Shown here: piece after piece, positions 34,534-44,974 of the stretch
Numbering within the stretch: position 1 is the stretch's first letter
Layout: each line of letters opens with the position of its first letter
Source: Mantamonas sphyraenae STR306
Lineage: Eukaryota > Protista > CRuMs
NCBI GenBank assembly: GCA_026936335.1
Contig: JAPMXV010000042.1
Coordinates: 434,001-498,000 of the forward strand
Length of the DNA: 64,000 nucleotides
Direction: 5' to 3'
Notes under the pieces: generated by a model
Databases searched by the model: none
What the model was told of the DNA's origin: nothing
Seen by the model: only the letters and a program-made list of their open reading frames with translations
Program-made: the position numbers and the translations under genes

Positions 34534-34902
34534 TCAACAGCTCTCGAAGGGCGCACAGCACTTGCCAATCTTGGTGCAGGTGCCGTTTGTGGCTTCCCAC
34601 TCCAGACCCTGGCAGGTGTGCTTGCAGTAGCCGGCGAAAAAGGTGGAGCCCTGGCACATCACGCCGAGGTGCTTGGGGTCGTCCTGGGTGGCTGTGCCAC
34701 ACTGCACCGTGGAGTTGTCACACAGGGCGTACCCATACATGGTTTTGTCGCAGTTGTTGAAGATGATGCACTTGCCGGTGTCCTGGTCCCACTTGGATTG
34801 GAGGCAGGGAGTCGCGTGGATCACGGTGGCCAGGGAGAGCAGGGCGACAAGAGCGGCCAAAACCAAGGCCTGAGCGTTGTTGGACGATGTGTTGGATGTC
34901 AT
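34534..34902 (-). CDS. Small secreted cysteine-rich protein (122 aa, 12 Cys) with a beta-defensin-like C-terminal motif
   Basis: Hydrophobic signal peptide ALVLAALVALLSLATVIHA; C-terminal C-x9-C-x3-C-x11-C-x5-CC. Confidence 0.75.
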   Translation of the reverse strand: MTSNTSSNNAQALVLAALVALLSLATVIHATPCLQSKWDQDTGKCIIFNNCDKTMYGYALCDNSTVQCGTATQDDPKHLGVMCQGSTFFAGYCKHTCQGLEWEATNGTCTKIGKCCAPFESC

Positions 34903-34932
34903 GGTCGTGTGCGCGAGCCAAGCCAGGGAGAT

Positions 34933-35637
34933 ATGGACGACGCAGAGGCTGACACGTTGAGTTGGTGTCGCAACCGTTTGGCACAGGTCCTGCATCAGCT
35001 CGGATGGTCTCGGGCTGATCTGTGTATGGAAGATGGAGAAAAGCAGCAGGCAGAGGAGGAGGAGCAAGATGCCGTGGCAAGGGAGAGCGACAAGGGAAAG
35101 GGGAAGCAAGTCGCAACTCCAACTCCAAGCGCACGTGCGACGCTGCCTCGTCAGCTGATTCACTTTGCAAAGGCGCACCAGTGGGTGCACAACGCAGTGG
35201 ATGATACGGACATGGCAGAGTTGGTGTTGACGTTGCTGCAGGAACCGCGCGTAGAGTACGCCGTTGTTTCGCGGGAGCTGTACGAGTTTATGGGCGAGCA
35301 CACGCAGTCGTTCGTGGACAAGCTGTTTCTACACTTGCATACACACGCCGTGTTTCCGTCGCACAGCACACAGCGCTGGTACTGGCACGAGAACGTCGTG
35401 TCGGACCCTGCACACTCTCCAACCCGGCTACCGGACCTCGTGTTGCCCTACACAGCACCACGAGCCTCTGCTACCGCACAGGCAGCAGCGTCCACTCATC
35501 GCACACGCTCGAGGAAGCGGAAAACGCGCAAAAGGAAGCGAAACCGAGTACAGCGGCAGCGTGATCTGCTGAACCGGTACGTGGTCGCGTTGACGAAGAA
35601 ACAGGAGCCCGAGGGCAAACGCCAACGTGTGGAGTAG
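34933..35637 (+). CDS. PWI-domain protein with a basic C-terminus
   Basis: DDTDMAELVLTLL...RELYEFMGEHTQSFVDKLF is PWI-like; RSRKRKTRKRKR is an NLS-like tract. Confidence 0.7.
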   Translation: MDDAEADTLSWCRNRLAQVLHQLGWSRADLCMEDGEKQQAEEEEQDAVARESDKGKGKQVATPTPSARATLPRQLIHFAKAHQWVHNAVDDTDMAELVLTLLQEPRVEYAVVSRELYEFMGEHTQSFVDKLFLHLHTHAVFPSHSTQRWYWHENVVSDPAHSPTRLPDLVLPYTAPRASATAQAAASTHRTRSRKRKTRKRKRNRVQRQRDLLNRYVVALTKKQEPEGKRQRVE

Positions 35638-35648
35638 CTTTGTTGAAT

Positions 35649-36995
35649 TCACTGTACATTAGATGATGAGGAAGACTGCTTGGCCAAGGCTTGGCACACC
35701 TGGTCGCAGGATAGCCGTGTGTCGGGGTCCTTGTCAAGCATGCCGTGGAGGAGCCAAGTAGAGGTGCTGCTGAGCTGTCCATGAGCCTGGGTCTCGTGTG
35801 CGAGCACATCGTCCACGTGAACTCCCTCGACTTGGGCCATGACATCCTCTGGGGAGTCGCCGTCAAAGGGGGGGTGGCCAAAGAGCAGCCTGTAGAATAA
35901 GATGCCCAGGGCCCACACGTCCATCTTGCGACCACTGTAGGCCTGGTTTTGCAGTTGTTCGGGTGTAACCGTGTGCAGAGTGCCAATGAGCACGTCACTA
36001 AACACGTCATCGTCGTACTCGACCTCAAACAGGCCGCTCGTGCCAAAGTCGACCAAACGCACACGTGTCTCGCCCTCGTGCGAGTGTTCCACCACAACGT
36101 TCTCATGTCGAATGTCCCTGTGACACACGCCTCGGCTATGGCAGTGGGCCACGGCGTCTGCCAGCTGTCGTAGAAGCGCCAGGGCGTCCTCTTCGCCGTG
36201 TGCCTGTGCGGACAGACACTCATCGCCGCAATAGTCCATCACGAGACACACTTGCTCGCGGGTGCCCACCACCTGCTGCAGTGACACCACCCCAGTGTGC
36301 TCCACACTCATCAAACTCTTCACTTCGACGTCCACACGTGACATGTCCGCCGCGTTGGCCGTCCGATGGATCAGTTTCACTGCCACCGGTTGGCCCTGCT
36401 GGCCCTCTGCCTTGCGCACACACGCTGTGCTGCCAATGCCTACCACACGACCCAGCGTATACTCGCCCAGTCGCTTGCATCCACGCAGGCCACTCAGCTG
36501 CTCGCTGTAGTACGCACGGATCACGCTGCGGCCCAACGCAGCCCACGGCCCACCCTTGCTCTGCGGTACCTCCAATCCGTGGGACTCCATCCACACCCCA
36601 TCGCTGGCCAAAGCCAGAGCCAGCGAATCGTCGCCTCGTGCTGTGTGCCAGCGCAAGAGGAACGCACCCAGGTCCTCGGCACTGTGCGAAAGCAGGTGGG
36701 CCATTCCCGCTTGGTACTGCTCCTCTTCTTCCTCTTCTTCCTGTGAGCCACCTCCGGCCATTTCCTCCAGCTCGCCTGTGCTCCACCCAACAGACACCGT
36801 TGTACCGTGGGCGCGTGCATACGAGCCCAGCATGGGCACCTGGGCGCCGGCAAACTCCTGTGCAATCTCAGTCCACCAAGTTGCATCCACAAGCAACTCG
36901 GTGGCCACCTCCTCGGCCCTATCCACCCCACGCGACAGGCTGGCCTCTGGGTCCAACTCTCCGTCGGCGTCGTCTTCCTGGTATGCGCGAAGCAT
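35649..36995 (-). CDS. Ser/Thr protein kinase (CAMK/SNF1-like) with an N-terminal extension
   Basis: GIGSTA, VAVK, HRDIRHEN, DFG, GTLHTVTPE, DVWALG, PPFDG. Confidence 0.9.
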   Translation of the reverse strand: MLRAYQEDDADGELDPEASLSRGVDRAEEVATELLVDATWWTEIAQEFAGAQVPMLGSYARAHGTTVSVGWSTGELEEMAGGGSQEEEEEEEQYQAGMAHLLSHSAEDLGAFLLRWHTARGDDSLALALASDGVWMESHGLEVPQSKGGPWAALGRSVIRAYYSEQLSGLRGCKRLGEYTLGRVVGIGSTACVRKAEGQQGQPVAVKLIHRTANAADMSRVDVEVKSLMSVEHTGVVSLQQVVGTREQVCLVMDYCGDECLSAQAHGEEDALALLRQLADAVAHCHSRGVCHRDIRHENVVVEHSHEGETRVRLVDFGTSGLFEVEYDDDVFSDVLIGTLHTVTPEQLQNQAYSGRKMDVWALGILFYRLLFGHPPFDGDSPEDVMAQVEGVHVDDVLAHETQAHGQLSSTSTWLLHGMLDKDPDTRLSCDQVCQALAKQSSSSSNVQ

Positions 36996-37051
36996 GGAAA
37001 GAACGCTTCGGGGTGGGCGACGGTGCGCGTTGGCGCAACCAGAGGCGCCCA

Positions 37052-40000
37052 ATGGAAGAGAACCCAAAGTTCCATGGGCGGCACCTGGAGCGACGCAACA
37101 GTGCGACTCGCATCCAGGCGCATGCACGCGGGTTTCTGATGCGCAAGGAGATGGGGCGGCGGCACAGTGCGGCGAGTCTCATCCAAGCGCACATTCGCGG
37201 CTTCCAGACGCGGCGGCGCATCTCGCGCATGTTTGAGCCGGTGGAAGATTGGGCGGATGACTTTAGCAGCTCGGAGGACGAGAGTGAGGAGGAGGCAGAG
37301 GCAGAGTCGGAGGAGGACGGGCTGGGTAAAGGTGAGCTCGATCAACGGTCGACGTCGCCCGAACTGCAATCCGACTCTGAGGAGGACAGGGAGGCGCTGA
37401 GCGAAGAGGAGGCAGCCATACGCATTCAATCCTTGCACAGGGGACACATGGCTCGGCGAGAGTTGGCCGCACAGCAGGAGGCAGCCGTGCGGATCCAAAG
37501 TGTGCAACGAGGTCGAGTGAGCCGGCGAAAAGTGGCGCAAGAACAGACGGCAGCGACGCGGATCCAAAGTGTGCAACGCGGGAGGGTGGCACGCAGGGAA
37601 CTGGTGGCACAAAAGGAGGCAGCCACACGGATCCAGAGTGTGCAGCGAGGACGGATGGCACGGAAGCAGCTGGCACGCGACCAAGAGGCCGCTACACGGA
37701 TCCAGAGTGTGCACAGAGGACGACAAGTGCGCAAGCAACGCAAAACGGAAGCAGACGCAGCCACACGCATCCAGAGTGTGCAGCGAGGACGGATGGCACG
37801 ACGAGAGCGGGCGGCGCAGGAGGAAGCAGCGACACAGATCCAGGCTGTGTACAGGGGCCACACCTCTCGACGGGAGCGGAAGAAGGAGCACGAGGCAGCC
37901 ACACGTATCCAGAGTGTACAGAGAGGACGTGTGGCACGCAGACAGAGGCAGGCGGAACAGGAGGCGGCGCTGCGGATCCAATCGGTGTACCGAGGCCACA
38001 GCGCACGCAAAGAGTTTTCCGACCGTCTGCTCATCGAGTACGAAATGCGGTATCGAAACAGTCGAATGGGCGATGGGGACGATGACGACGATGACATGTC
38101 CACCGGAATGGATCTGGACGGTCAGTCGTGGCGTCACCAGCCGCGCAACCAGCCGTTGCAGAAGCTGACGCCCGAGCAGCAGGCGGCGATGGTGGAACGG
38201 CTGTCGCAAGCGCAGCCGTACAAAAGACCGCCGAGCACACCACTGGTGCCCTTTCCGGAATCCAAGGTGCAACGATTTCGCAAGCAGTGGAAACCCGTGC
38301 CTTCGGTGTCGACGGGCATCCCCGAGTACACAGCCCTGGAGGACCCGTACATTTCGCCCACGCGACGCGCCGTCCTGGCTTCGCACTTTCTGACTCATTT
38401 GGAGGCGGAGGAGAAGCGAGCACGCACGCCACGGGCGGTGCAGGAGCAAGAGGCGGCAGAGAAGCTGGTGGAGAGTGTGGAACTCAGCCTCAGCAATGTC
38501 TCGTCTCTGGGCAACACCAGCCAGGGAAGCCAGGGAGACAGGCATGGCGAAGCACACGAAGGAGAAGAAGAAACAACAACAACAACAACAACAACAGGAG
38601 GTGGAGACAGGTCGCGCTCGGCGATGGTGATGCGGCCAGCAACGAGCGGACGCAGCGGATCGCGCTTTCTGCACGATTCGTACATCCAAGTGAGACGCAC
38701 AAAGACGAGGACGCGAGTGACAGACAAAGAGGGCCACAGAGTGGTTGTGGAGCGGCCCAAGCTTGTGGTTGTGCCTGCAAGTGCCACTCCGTCTCCGCCG
38801 TCCCACTCGCCTCCTCACGGCGGCGGCTCATCCACATCTGTGCGGGCACACACGTCGTTGGGATTGGCACGCACGCCAAACACACATCCCGAGGCGGAGG
38901 ATCGGGGCCCCAACTTGTGCCTGTGCATGTGTTTCAGCACCACGACCGGCGGTTCTGCAGACGAGCGGGATCGGGGGGACGTGCTCAGCCGTGGTTCTCG
39001 GTCAACGCCAACCCAAACGGCAGTTACAAACGGTTTGTGGAGAGTGTGTTGCGGAAGGCCGGTGAGAAGCGTGGGGCGGACGAAGTGGGCCTGTGGTCGC
39101 CGCTAGACGGAGAGTGGATCTCGTCGATGGAACAGGTGCAAGAGGAGAAGGATGTGGTGGTGCTGGAACGCACAGAGGAAGCCATGGCCTCGTTTCGCAT
39201 CAAATGGTTCCTGACTAAGCAGGAGGCACGCAATGGCATGCGCAGGTGCACTCAGTGCGGATGTGAAAGCAGTCGTGCCTTTCCAGACTGCGAAGATGCG
39301 CATGACACAGGGTGCATGGTACACCCGGGCACCTTTGCAGAGACGTCGCACACAATGGGCATCCAAGGAGGCTTCTCGTGTTGCCAGGAGTCTGAACGGA
39401 CGGCAGCCGGGTGCACGCCCGGGCACGAATGGGTCATGACGACGCCCTTCCGCCTGGATCCGCGGACGATGGAAGACAGCCAACATGACGAAGAGCAGGG
39501 ACAGGACAATGAGCAGCTGGGCACACGTGGTCAGAGTGACGACAGCATGGCGCTGACGGCCGAGAGCAGCAAACTGACCATGAGTGGAGTGCAGGGCATG
39601 AGCACGCCAATGACACCTCGGGGCGCGCAGGAGCAACAGCAAGGGCAATCGATGGACACCAGACAAGGACAGGGGGATGTGGTGGAGGTGGATGTGTCCA
39701 CACCACTGGGGCAAAGCACGCTGAATGGCGGAGGGATGCAGCGCAGCAGCAGCGCACAGGGAAACCAAAGCACGAGCACAAGCAGCAGTGGCCATCTGAC
39801 CTTTGGCAGCGACATGTACGAGACACCGTCGCCGTACAACCGACACGGAGGCCTGATGGAGATGGAGGAGCGCTTGACACAGAGTGAAGGCGACGGGGTG
39901 GACAAGCAGCAGCGAGGCAGTGGACGCAATGGCCATCGTCATGGCCATCATCACCACAGTCACCATCGTCGCCATCACCACAGCCACCACAGCCACCACA

Positions 40001-40641
40001 GACGGCACCGGCATCGGAACCGACGAGAGAAAGGGGACACGAGCAATTCCAAGCACCACAAGAGCAAACCCATCACGCTGCATGTGTTTGTGCATGGTGA
40101 ACAGACACGCCGCAACAAACGCACAGGCAGGAGGAACAACGCACGCGTGCAGCTGCAGGTGGATGTTGACGACGAGCGGACAAGCATGGAACGCATCCTG
40201 CGTTCGTGCCTGCGCAAGTTTGTGCCCCACCGCTTCGAGGAGGAGCTGGCCACAGGCGAATGGTATCTGCTGGAGCCCCTTGCAGGAGTGCAACCTGTGG
40301 ATCCGCAGGACCTTCGCAGCCTGTCGCATCGTCGCCAACTCGACCTGGCGCTACTGCGGGGCATTGACGCAGGCCGCTTCCCCATGGCATCCTATGTGAC
40401 GCAAGAGGAGGCGTACATGGCCCACCGCGAGTGCGATGCGTGTGGCTGCACCTTTACGTGGGATGAGCCCCAGGAGGAGTCGGCCCGCAAACACAGGTGC
40501 CTGCGTCACACACAATCCGCCAATTCCAACGGCGTATTCCCCTGCTGTGGCGGATATGACCCACAGTACGGATGCACCTTTGCACACCACGGCAGGCCCC
40601 AGCGGCCCATGCGTTTCGGCCCGCTTTCCAAAGACGAATGA
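37052..40641 (+). CDS. IQ-motif array protein with two C-terminal beta-grasp-like + Cys/His zinc-finger modules; apparent frameshift at ~38870-38890
   Basis: 11 IQxxxRG motifs. The frames of ORFs 36065-39106 and 38128-40641 join by a -1 shift. Two CxxCGC...CxxH...CC...GC..H motifs and a His-rich tract follow. Confidence 0.75.
37406..38010 (+). repeat. Coding tandem repeat, 69-nt period x9 (23-aa IQ motifs)
   Basis: The IQ codons recur at 37424, 37493, 37562, 37631, 37700, 37769, 37838, 37907 and 37976. Confidence 0.95.
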
Positions 40642-40922
40642 CAAGGGGCGTCCGAGGTTGTGGGCAGGTCTTTTTGCACGAAAGGGCACTGCACGCCAGG
40701 ATCCACCTCTTCCGTGGCACTGCACACATGCGAGTCTGACTACAGGAGGGCGGGTCGGCGGCATGCCTCGCAAGACGCTGGCCAGAACGGAGCGGCAAGG
40801 GGAAAGCAAAAATGCACGATGGAAAAATGGGCGCGTGTGATTTTGGAACGGTTGGCTTGGCCATAGAGCGGGAACGGGTGGTGCATGGGAATGGCCAATG
40901 GAAGAAGTGGGTAGATAGGAAT

Positions 40923-41225
40923 TTACTCCTTGTTGGTGTAGTACCAGTAGCCACCTGCAGCAGCGGCCACGGCCACAACGCCGCCAACGGCCACCCAGAG
41001 GGTTGTGGAAGATTCGTCGTCCTTCTTCTTGCCCGCCACGCTGCCGTCAGCCTTGGCATCGGCCTTGTTGTCGTCCTTGGCGTCCTTGTTGTCGGCCTTG
41101 GCGTCCTTGTTGTCGGCCTTGGCGTCCTTGGCATCGGCCTTGGCGTCCTTGGCGGCGGCCTGGGCAGTGGCCTCGTTCTCGTCCACAGAGGGCGTGTTCA
41201 CGGTGTCCTTGGTGTTCGTCGACAT
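40923..41225 (-). CDS. 100-aa tail-anchored protein with K/D/A repeats (KDAKADN)
   Basis: MSTNTKD...(KDAKADx)n...LWVAVGGVVAVAAAAGGYWYYTNKE*; 21-nt repeats at ~41050-41155. Confidence 0.75.
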   Translation of the reverse strand: MSTNTKDTVNTPSVDENEATAQAAAKDAKADAKDAKADNKDAKADNKDAKDDNKADAKADGSVAGKKKDDESSTTLWVAVGGVVAVAAAAGGYWYYTNKE

Positions 41226-41375
41226 GGTGTGTATGTGTGTGGTGTGTCTGTGTGCTTGTGTTGAAGAAACCGTGGGTTGGGTTTGTTCAATTCGATCGAT
41301 TTGCAGTGGGGCAGCGTGGGCCGGAGCCGGCACGCGAACGGCTCTCCAACGCAACAAACGCTGGGCCGGCCAACC

Positions 41376-43715
41376 ATGCAGTTTACACAGGGCAACGACG
41401 AGTCGTCGGTGGCACTGAGTAGGGAGGAGCGCATTGCTGCGCGTAGGGCGCGCATCCAGGCCAAGAAGCAGAGCCAGCAGCACGCCGAGTCGGAGCCCGA
41501 CGGCAAGGCGAAGAAAAAGTCGGACGATATGGGCGAGTATGCAAACGCACGGGAGCAAATCGAGTCGAGCAAGCAACGCCTGCAGCAGGTCAAGACTACA
41601 GGCACGCAGGCGGTGACACAGATCCGTGTGGAGGGCGACGACAGGGAAAACAAGCGTCGCATCGAAGAGGCCGAAGCCAAGCGAAAGCGCAACCAGGAAC
41701 TGCTGCGCGAGGAGCAGGACTCGGCCAAGGCCAACGCCTTTATCCAGGACAAGTGGGAGGGTTTGCTCAAGCACAAGATCCCGCAGGATTTGTTTGATGT
41801 AAGTACGCCCTTGATGCCGTGGCAAGCGTGCTGCGTTTCCGCCGCTGACCCGACCGTTGCCCACCGCCGCCGCTCTCGCAGGACATTGAGGAACAGCGCC
41901 GTGCGTGTGAGGAGGTCATCAGCCAGAAGGATGAAATCATCGAACAGTACAACAAACAGCTGGAGGACAACAGCAAGGCCTATCGAGACACATTGACGCA
42001 GCAGGCAACAGATATCCGTGAGTTCAGGGGTGTGCGTGTGTGGTTTCCAGCACGTTGTTTGCGCCTTTGCCCCTTTTGTTCCCCAGTTGTTTGCCATGTG
42101 CCTCATGCCTCTGCTCACACATCGTCGTCGTCCGCCTCTGTTGCACTGGATTGCACACACCACTGGCAGGCTCGCTGTTGGAGCAGATGGGCGCGCAGTT
42201 CGATCTGTTCCAGTCGGAGTGCGAAAAGCAACTCCGCGAAATCGAGGACGCGTTCATGATGGAACGCAGCGAGCTGCTGCAGAAGAATTGGGACGAATTG
42301 ATGGATCTGTTCAACAAGCGCAAGCAGATGGAGGAAGACTTTATGCGCAAGCGACAGGAACGGATCGACGATCACCAGCGGCAGCTGGAGGACACGCGGC
42401 TGACGTTTGCGGAGGAGTACAACCAGGTCAAGATGACACTGACGGCCAACATCCAAACGCTGGAGCAGCAGCAGGAGGAGATGATTGCCACGTACCAACT
42501 GAACACGCAGAAGCTGGAGTACAACCACAAAGTGCTCACGCAGCGCGCGCGAGAGAACAGCGAAATCGAGAGCAGCCAGAAGGCTCGACTGACGAAGCTG
42601 CAAGACACACACAGCAAACTCAAGGCCGAGTACGAAAAGGCAGACAAGGCGTACCGCACCGCAAACCAGAAACTGACGGAAGAGTACCGGCGCATCACAG
42701 AGCAGTACAAGGACCTGCAGAACAAGTTCCGCCACTTTGAGGTGTCGGACAACAAGAAGTACAGGGAGATCTGGGCCATGAATGAGGAAGTGGTCAAGGA
42801 GCAGGTTCGCAAGGTGCTGGAGGCAGACCGAATTGTCCACGAGCAGCAGCTGGGCCTCCACTGGGTGCCTCCTAGCGAGGATCTGTTTGAAATCGGCCTG
42901 GAGAACCTCAGCGTGACGCCTGCAGGTGGACTGGGAGGAGCAGGCACAGGCTCCATGGGCGACAACGGCGAAGGACAGCAAACAACCACGCCGACCACGT
43001 CGCACAGTCGCATGTCGGCCAGCTCGGCCTCTCGCATGCCCCCCGAACTCATCCAGACCATGTTTGACGTCCTCTGCAACGAGGCGGGTTTTCTGGCTGA
43101 GAACAAAGTTCAGGAGCTGCTGGACGACTGCCGCAGGACGAACGGCACATGATGCAGGTCGACTCCATTCTCAAGGCCATCGGCGTCGAGAAGGAGGAGG
43201 ACATGGAGAAATTGCTGACGTACTTTATCCGCGAACGGTCGGGAGAAGCTCAGGGCAGCAGCAGCAGCAGCAGCAGCAGCAGTGGTGGTGGTGGTGGAGC
43301 GGGCGACGGAGGGCCGATTGCGGCCGAGTTTATCCATCCAAACGAGGCCATCGAGGCCATCCGGGCATTTGTGGAGGATCACCGTATGGATGTGTACGAG
43401 CGCACGACATCGGCCACGTCGTCGCGTCTGAACCAGGAAGCAATGATCCGCGAGCGGAACCGGCGCCAGGAGAAGGAGTTTTGGGAGAAGATGGCCAATG
43501 TGATTTCAGATCCCACGTTTCGAGTGTGGGGCTATCTGGAAAAGGGCCTGCTGCAGTACAACGAGGTGCTGACGGAGCGATCTGAGCTGGTGCAGGAGAC
43601 GGCTCACCTGCAGCAGCAGAATGACGAGCTCAAGGCCTTGCTGCACCAGTACCTCACGGCAGGTGTCAACGACGAACTGCAGGTGCCGCCCACACGGACG
43701 GTGGCCAACCAGTGA
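41376..43715 (+). CDS. DRC1: Dynein regulatory complex protein 1; introns 41799-41881 and 42018-42169; apparent frameshift at ~43130
   Basis: REERIAARRARI; ATYQLNTQKLEYNHKVL; YRRITEQYKDLQNKFRHF; ADRIVHEQQLG; LCNEAGFL; QQNDELKALLHQYL...VNDELQVPP. Confidence 0.93.
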
Positions 43716-43782
43716 TGCCAGCTCGGGTGTTGGGCGATGTTGTTGGGAGCGGCCGCTGAGCCAGCACAAAAAAGTTTACAGA

Positions 43783-44878
43783 ATGGTACGCATACTCCCT
43801 TTTCACTGTGTTGTACACACACCAGCACTGTGTCCTTGAACCGTGCCGGACGCTTGAGTGCTCGTCTGTGTGTGATACGGCCTAGCAGAGCCAAACGGAG
43901 GACGCGGACGAGGGAGATTCCAGCCGACGCAGCGCGTTTCCACTGGTCTGCGCCCTTTCGCTGTCGCACAGCACCACACACACGTACACACGTGCGGAGC
44001 ACACGTAGCGCATCCAGCTTGAGCCCTGCGCTGCATGTGCTGTGTGCGTTGTGCCTCTGTGTGTGTGTAGGGGGCGCGAACAGTGCGAGGGCGAGGTGCA
44101 TGCAAAATGAGCGCGAGGGCCCAACTGGCCTTGTGCAAGCCTCATGGGGCTCTGTGTGCACACGCGTACCCTTTGGCATCCCTCCATACCCTTGTTATGG
44201 GACTGCGCGCGTCGTGGGATGCATCGCGTGTCTGCAAGTGCGCGTACGGGCCAGGCAAGGCTTTGGCGCATGCGATTTTTCGCCGCCCAGGCTCGCCTGC
44301 TCCTGCGCTCCACTACGTCGTCTCCGCTCTCTGCTGGCCGCACACGCCTGCGTTTCCTGCCCACACATGTCGTAGGCACACACACAACGCCTCGACCAAC
44401 CGCCACTTGGCTGTACATACGCTCACACGCTGTCTTCTTTGCGTTTTCCCCTCTGCCCACGCTTTTTGCGTTTGCCCTTGTGCTGCAAACCGGCTCTTTT
44501 CTCTCGCTCGCCTGGTCCCGTCTTTACCTCTCTCCACAGGGCAAGCCGACTACCCCCCGAGCACAGGAGCAGACCGTGAACCTGCACAAGATTCTGCACG
44601 GCCGCACTTTCAAGAAGCGTGCCCCGCATGCGCTGCGTCGCCTCAAGCTCATCGCCAAGAAGGCCATGCAGGTCGAGGACGTCCGCATTGAGCCCTCCGT
44701 CAACAAGTTTGTGTGGAGCAAGGGTGTCAAGCAGGTGCCTACCCGCATCCGCATCCGCATGGAGCGCAAGTACGGCCAGGACGACAGCGACGACATGTTC
44801 TGCCTCGTGTCCCTGATTCCCGTTTCCGGCAAGGGTGGCTTCAAGGGTCTGGAGACCATCACCTCCAAGTCCGAGTAA
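43783..44878 (+). CDS. RPL31: 60S ribosomal protein L31 (eL31); ATG-only first exon 43783-43785, intron 43786-44539
   Basis: TVNLHKILHGRTFKKRAPHA...DVRIEPSVNKFVWSKGVKQVPTRIRIR. ATG|GTACGC is the phase-compatible upstream donor I could find. Confidence 0.9.
44071..44311 (+). ncRNA. Candidate structured intronic RNA, class unknown
   Basis: Nested helices with G-U pairs: 44071-78/44304-11, 44125-36/44244-54, 44160-66/44225-31, 44176-82/44216-22, 44184-88/44196-200. Confidence 0.45.
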
Positions 44879-44974
44879 AGCATTGAACATTGTGCACCAC
44901 AGCATCCTTGTTGTTCCATTCATTCATCTTCCATTCTCTTCATTCCTCCCTCGCATCACTCGTCTCCGCTTCTC

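Noticed and set aside
37406-38010. Regular 69-nt repeats resembling a CRISPR array
   Set aside because: They are degenerate in-frame IQ-motif coding repeats with synonymous variation; there are no identical direct repeats and no cas genes, and the context is eukaryotic.
44367-44377. Alternative RPL31 first exon ATGTC|GTAGGC
   Set aside because: It is out of phase with the 44540 exon unless a G is missing, whereas the ATG|GTACGC exon at 43783 fits without correction. Not fully excluded, given the indel rate.
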